A stretch of 64,000 bases of DNA from Octopus bimaculoides (Eukaryota). This document shows positions 63,785 to 64,000 of this stretch, one piece after another. Position numbers and translations under genes: made by a program. Within the stretch, counting starts at the first letter, position 1. Each line of letters starts with the position of its first letter. A model generated the notes under the pieces. That model saw only the letters and a list, made by a program, of their open reading frames with translations, was not told the DNA's origin and searched no databases. The stretch lies in the NCBI RefSeq assembly GCF_001194135.2, contig NC_068985.1, positions 115,699,153 through 115,763,152 of the forward strand. The letters run 5' to 3'.

Positions 63785-64000
63785 TTCCGATTAAGGAGCA
63801 AATATTTAAGAAAAAGTGGAAGTGGATTGGTAGCACAATTCGAAAAGACACACCAAATGTAGCGAAAAGTGCTTTACAGTGGAATCCGGATGGATATAGA
63901 AAGACGGGTGGGCTTAAGAAGTTGTGGCGTAGATCCACACACAAGGAACTAGAGAAAGGGGGACATTCATGGCCGAGTATAAGTACAGAAGCGAGAAATT
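63781..64000 (+). mobile_element. RTE-clade ORF C-terminal region, forward orientation, runs off the window
   Basis: In frame from 63781: QVPIKEQIFKKKWKWIGSTIRKDTPNVAKSALQWNPDGYRKTGGLKKLWRRS..ELEK, matching the RTE KRRW.WIGH.LRK..ALTWNP.G.R.RG.P motif. Confidence 0.88.

Overview
AT-rich, repeat-dense eukaryotic DNA with about 8 kb of N in about 19 gaps, most flanked by microsatellites. No intact protein-coding gene is recognisable. The repeat content (four tRNA-headed SINE families plus very dense (TA)n/(CA)n/(AAT)n tracts) looks like an octopus genome; this is inferred from recalled repeat families, not a database hit. The window holds about 20 copies of one SINE (called family A here), about 20 copies of a second (family B), and a few copies of two more. 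It also holds decayed LINEs (several RTE lineages; two R4/Dong-like 3' ends with a restriction-like endonuclease), two Penelope-like GIY-YIG remnants, Tc1/mariner and hAT remnants, and MITEs with clean 8-bp or TA target duplications. Nearly all long ORFs in the supplied track are artefacts of N runs or simple repeats. Main leads: (1) an RTE copy with a twin-priming-like 5' inversion and a 3-4 nt microhomology junction (63.5-64 kb); (2) palindromic Penelope-like terminal remnants carrying degenerate minimal-hammerhead motifs; (3) a speculative chain of phase-compatible small exons (12.5, 21.5, 34.9 kb) whose only ATG frame crosses one UAG in a hairpin, a candidate for A-to-I stop recoding. Lead 3 rests on splice-signal inspection alone and may be chance.
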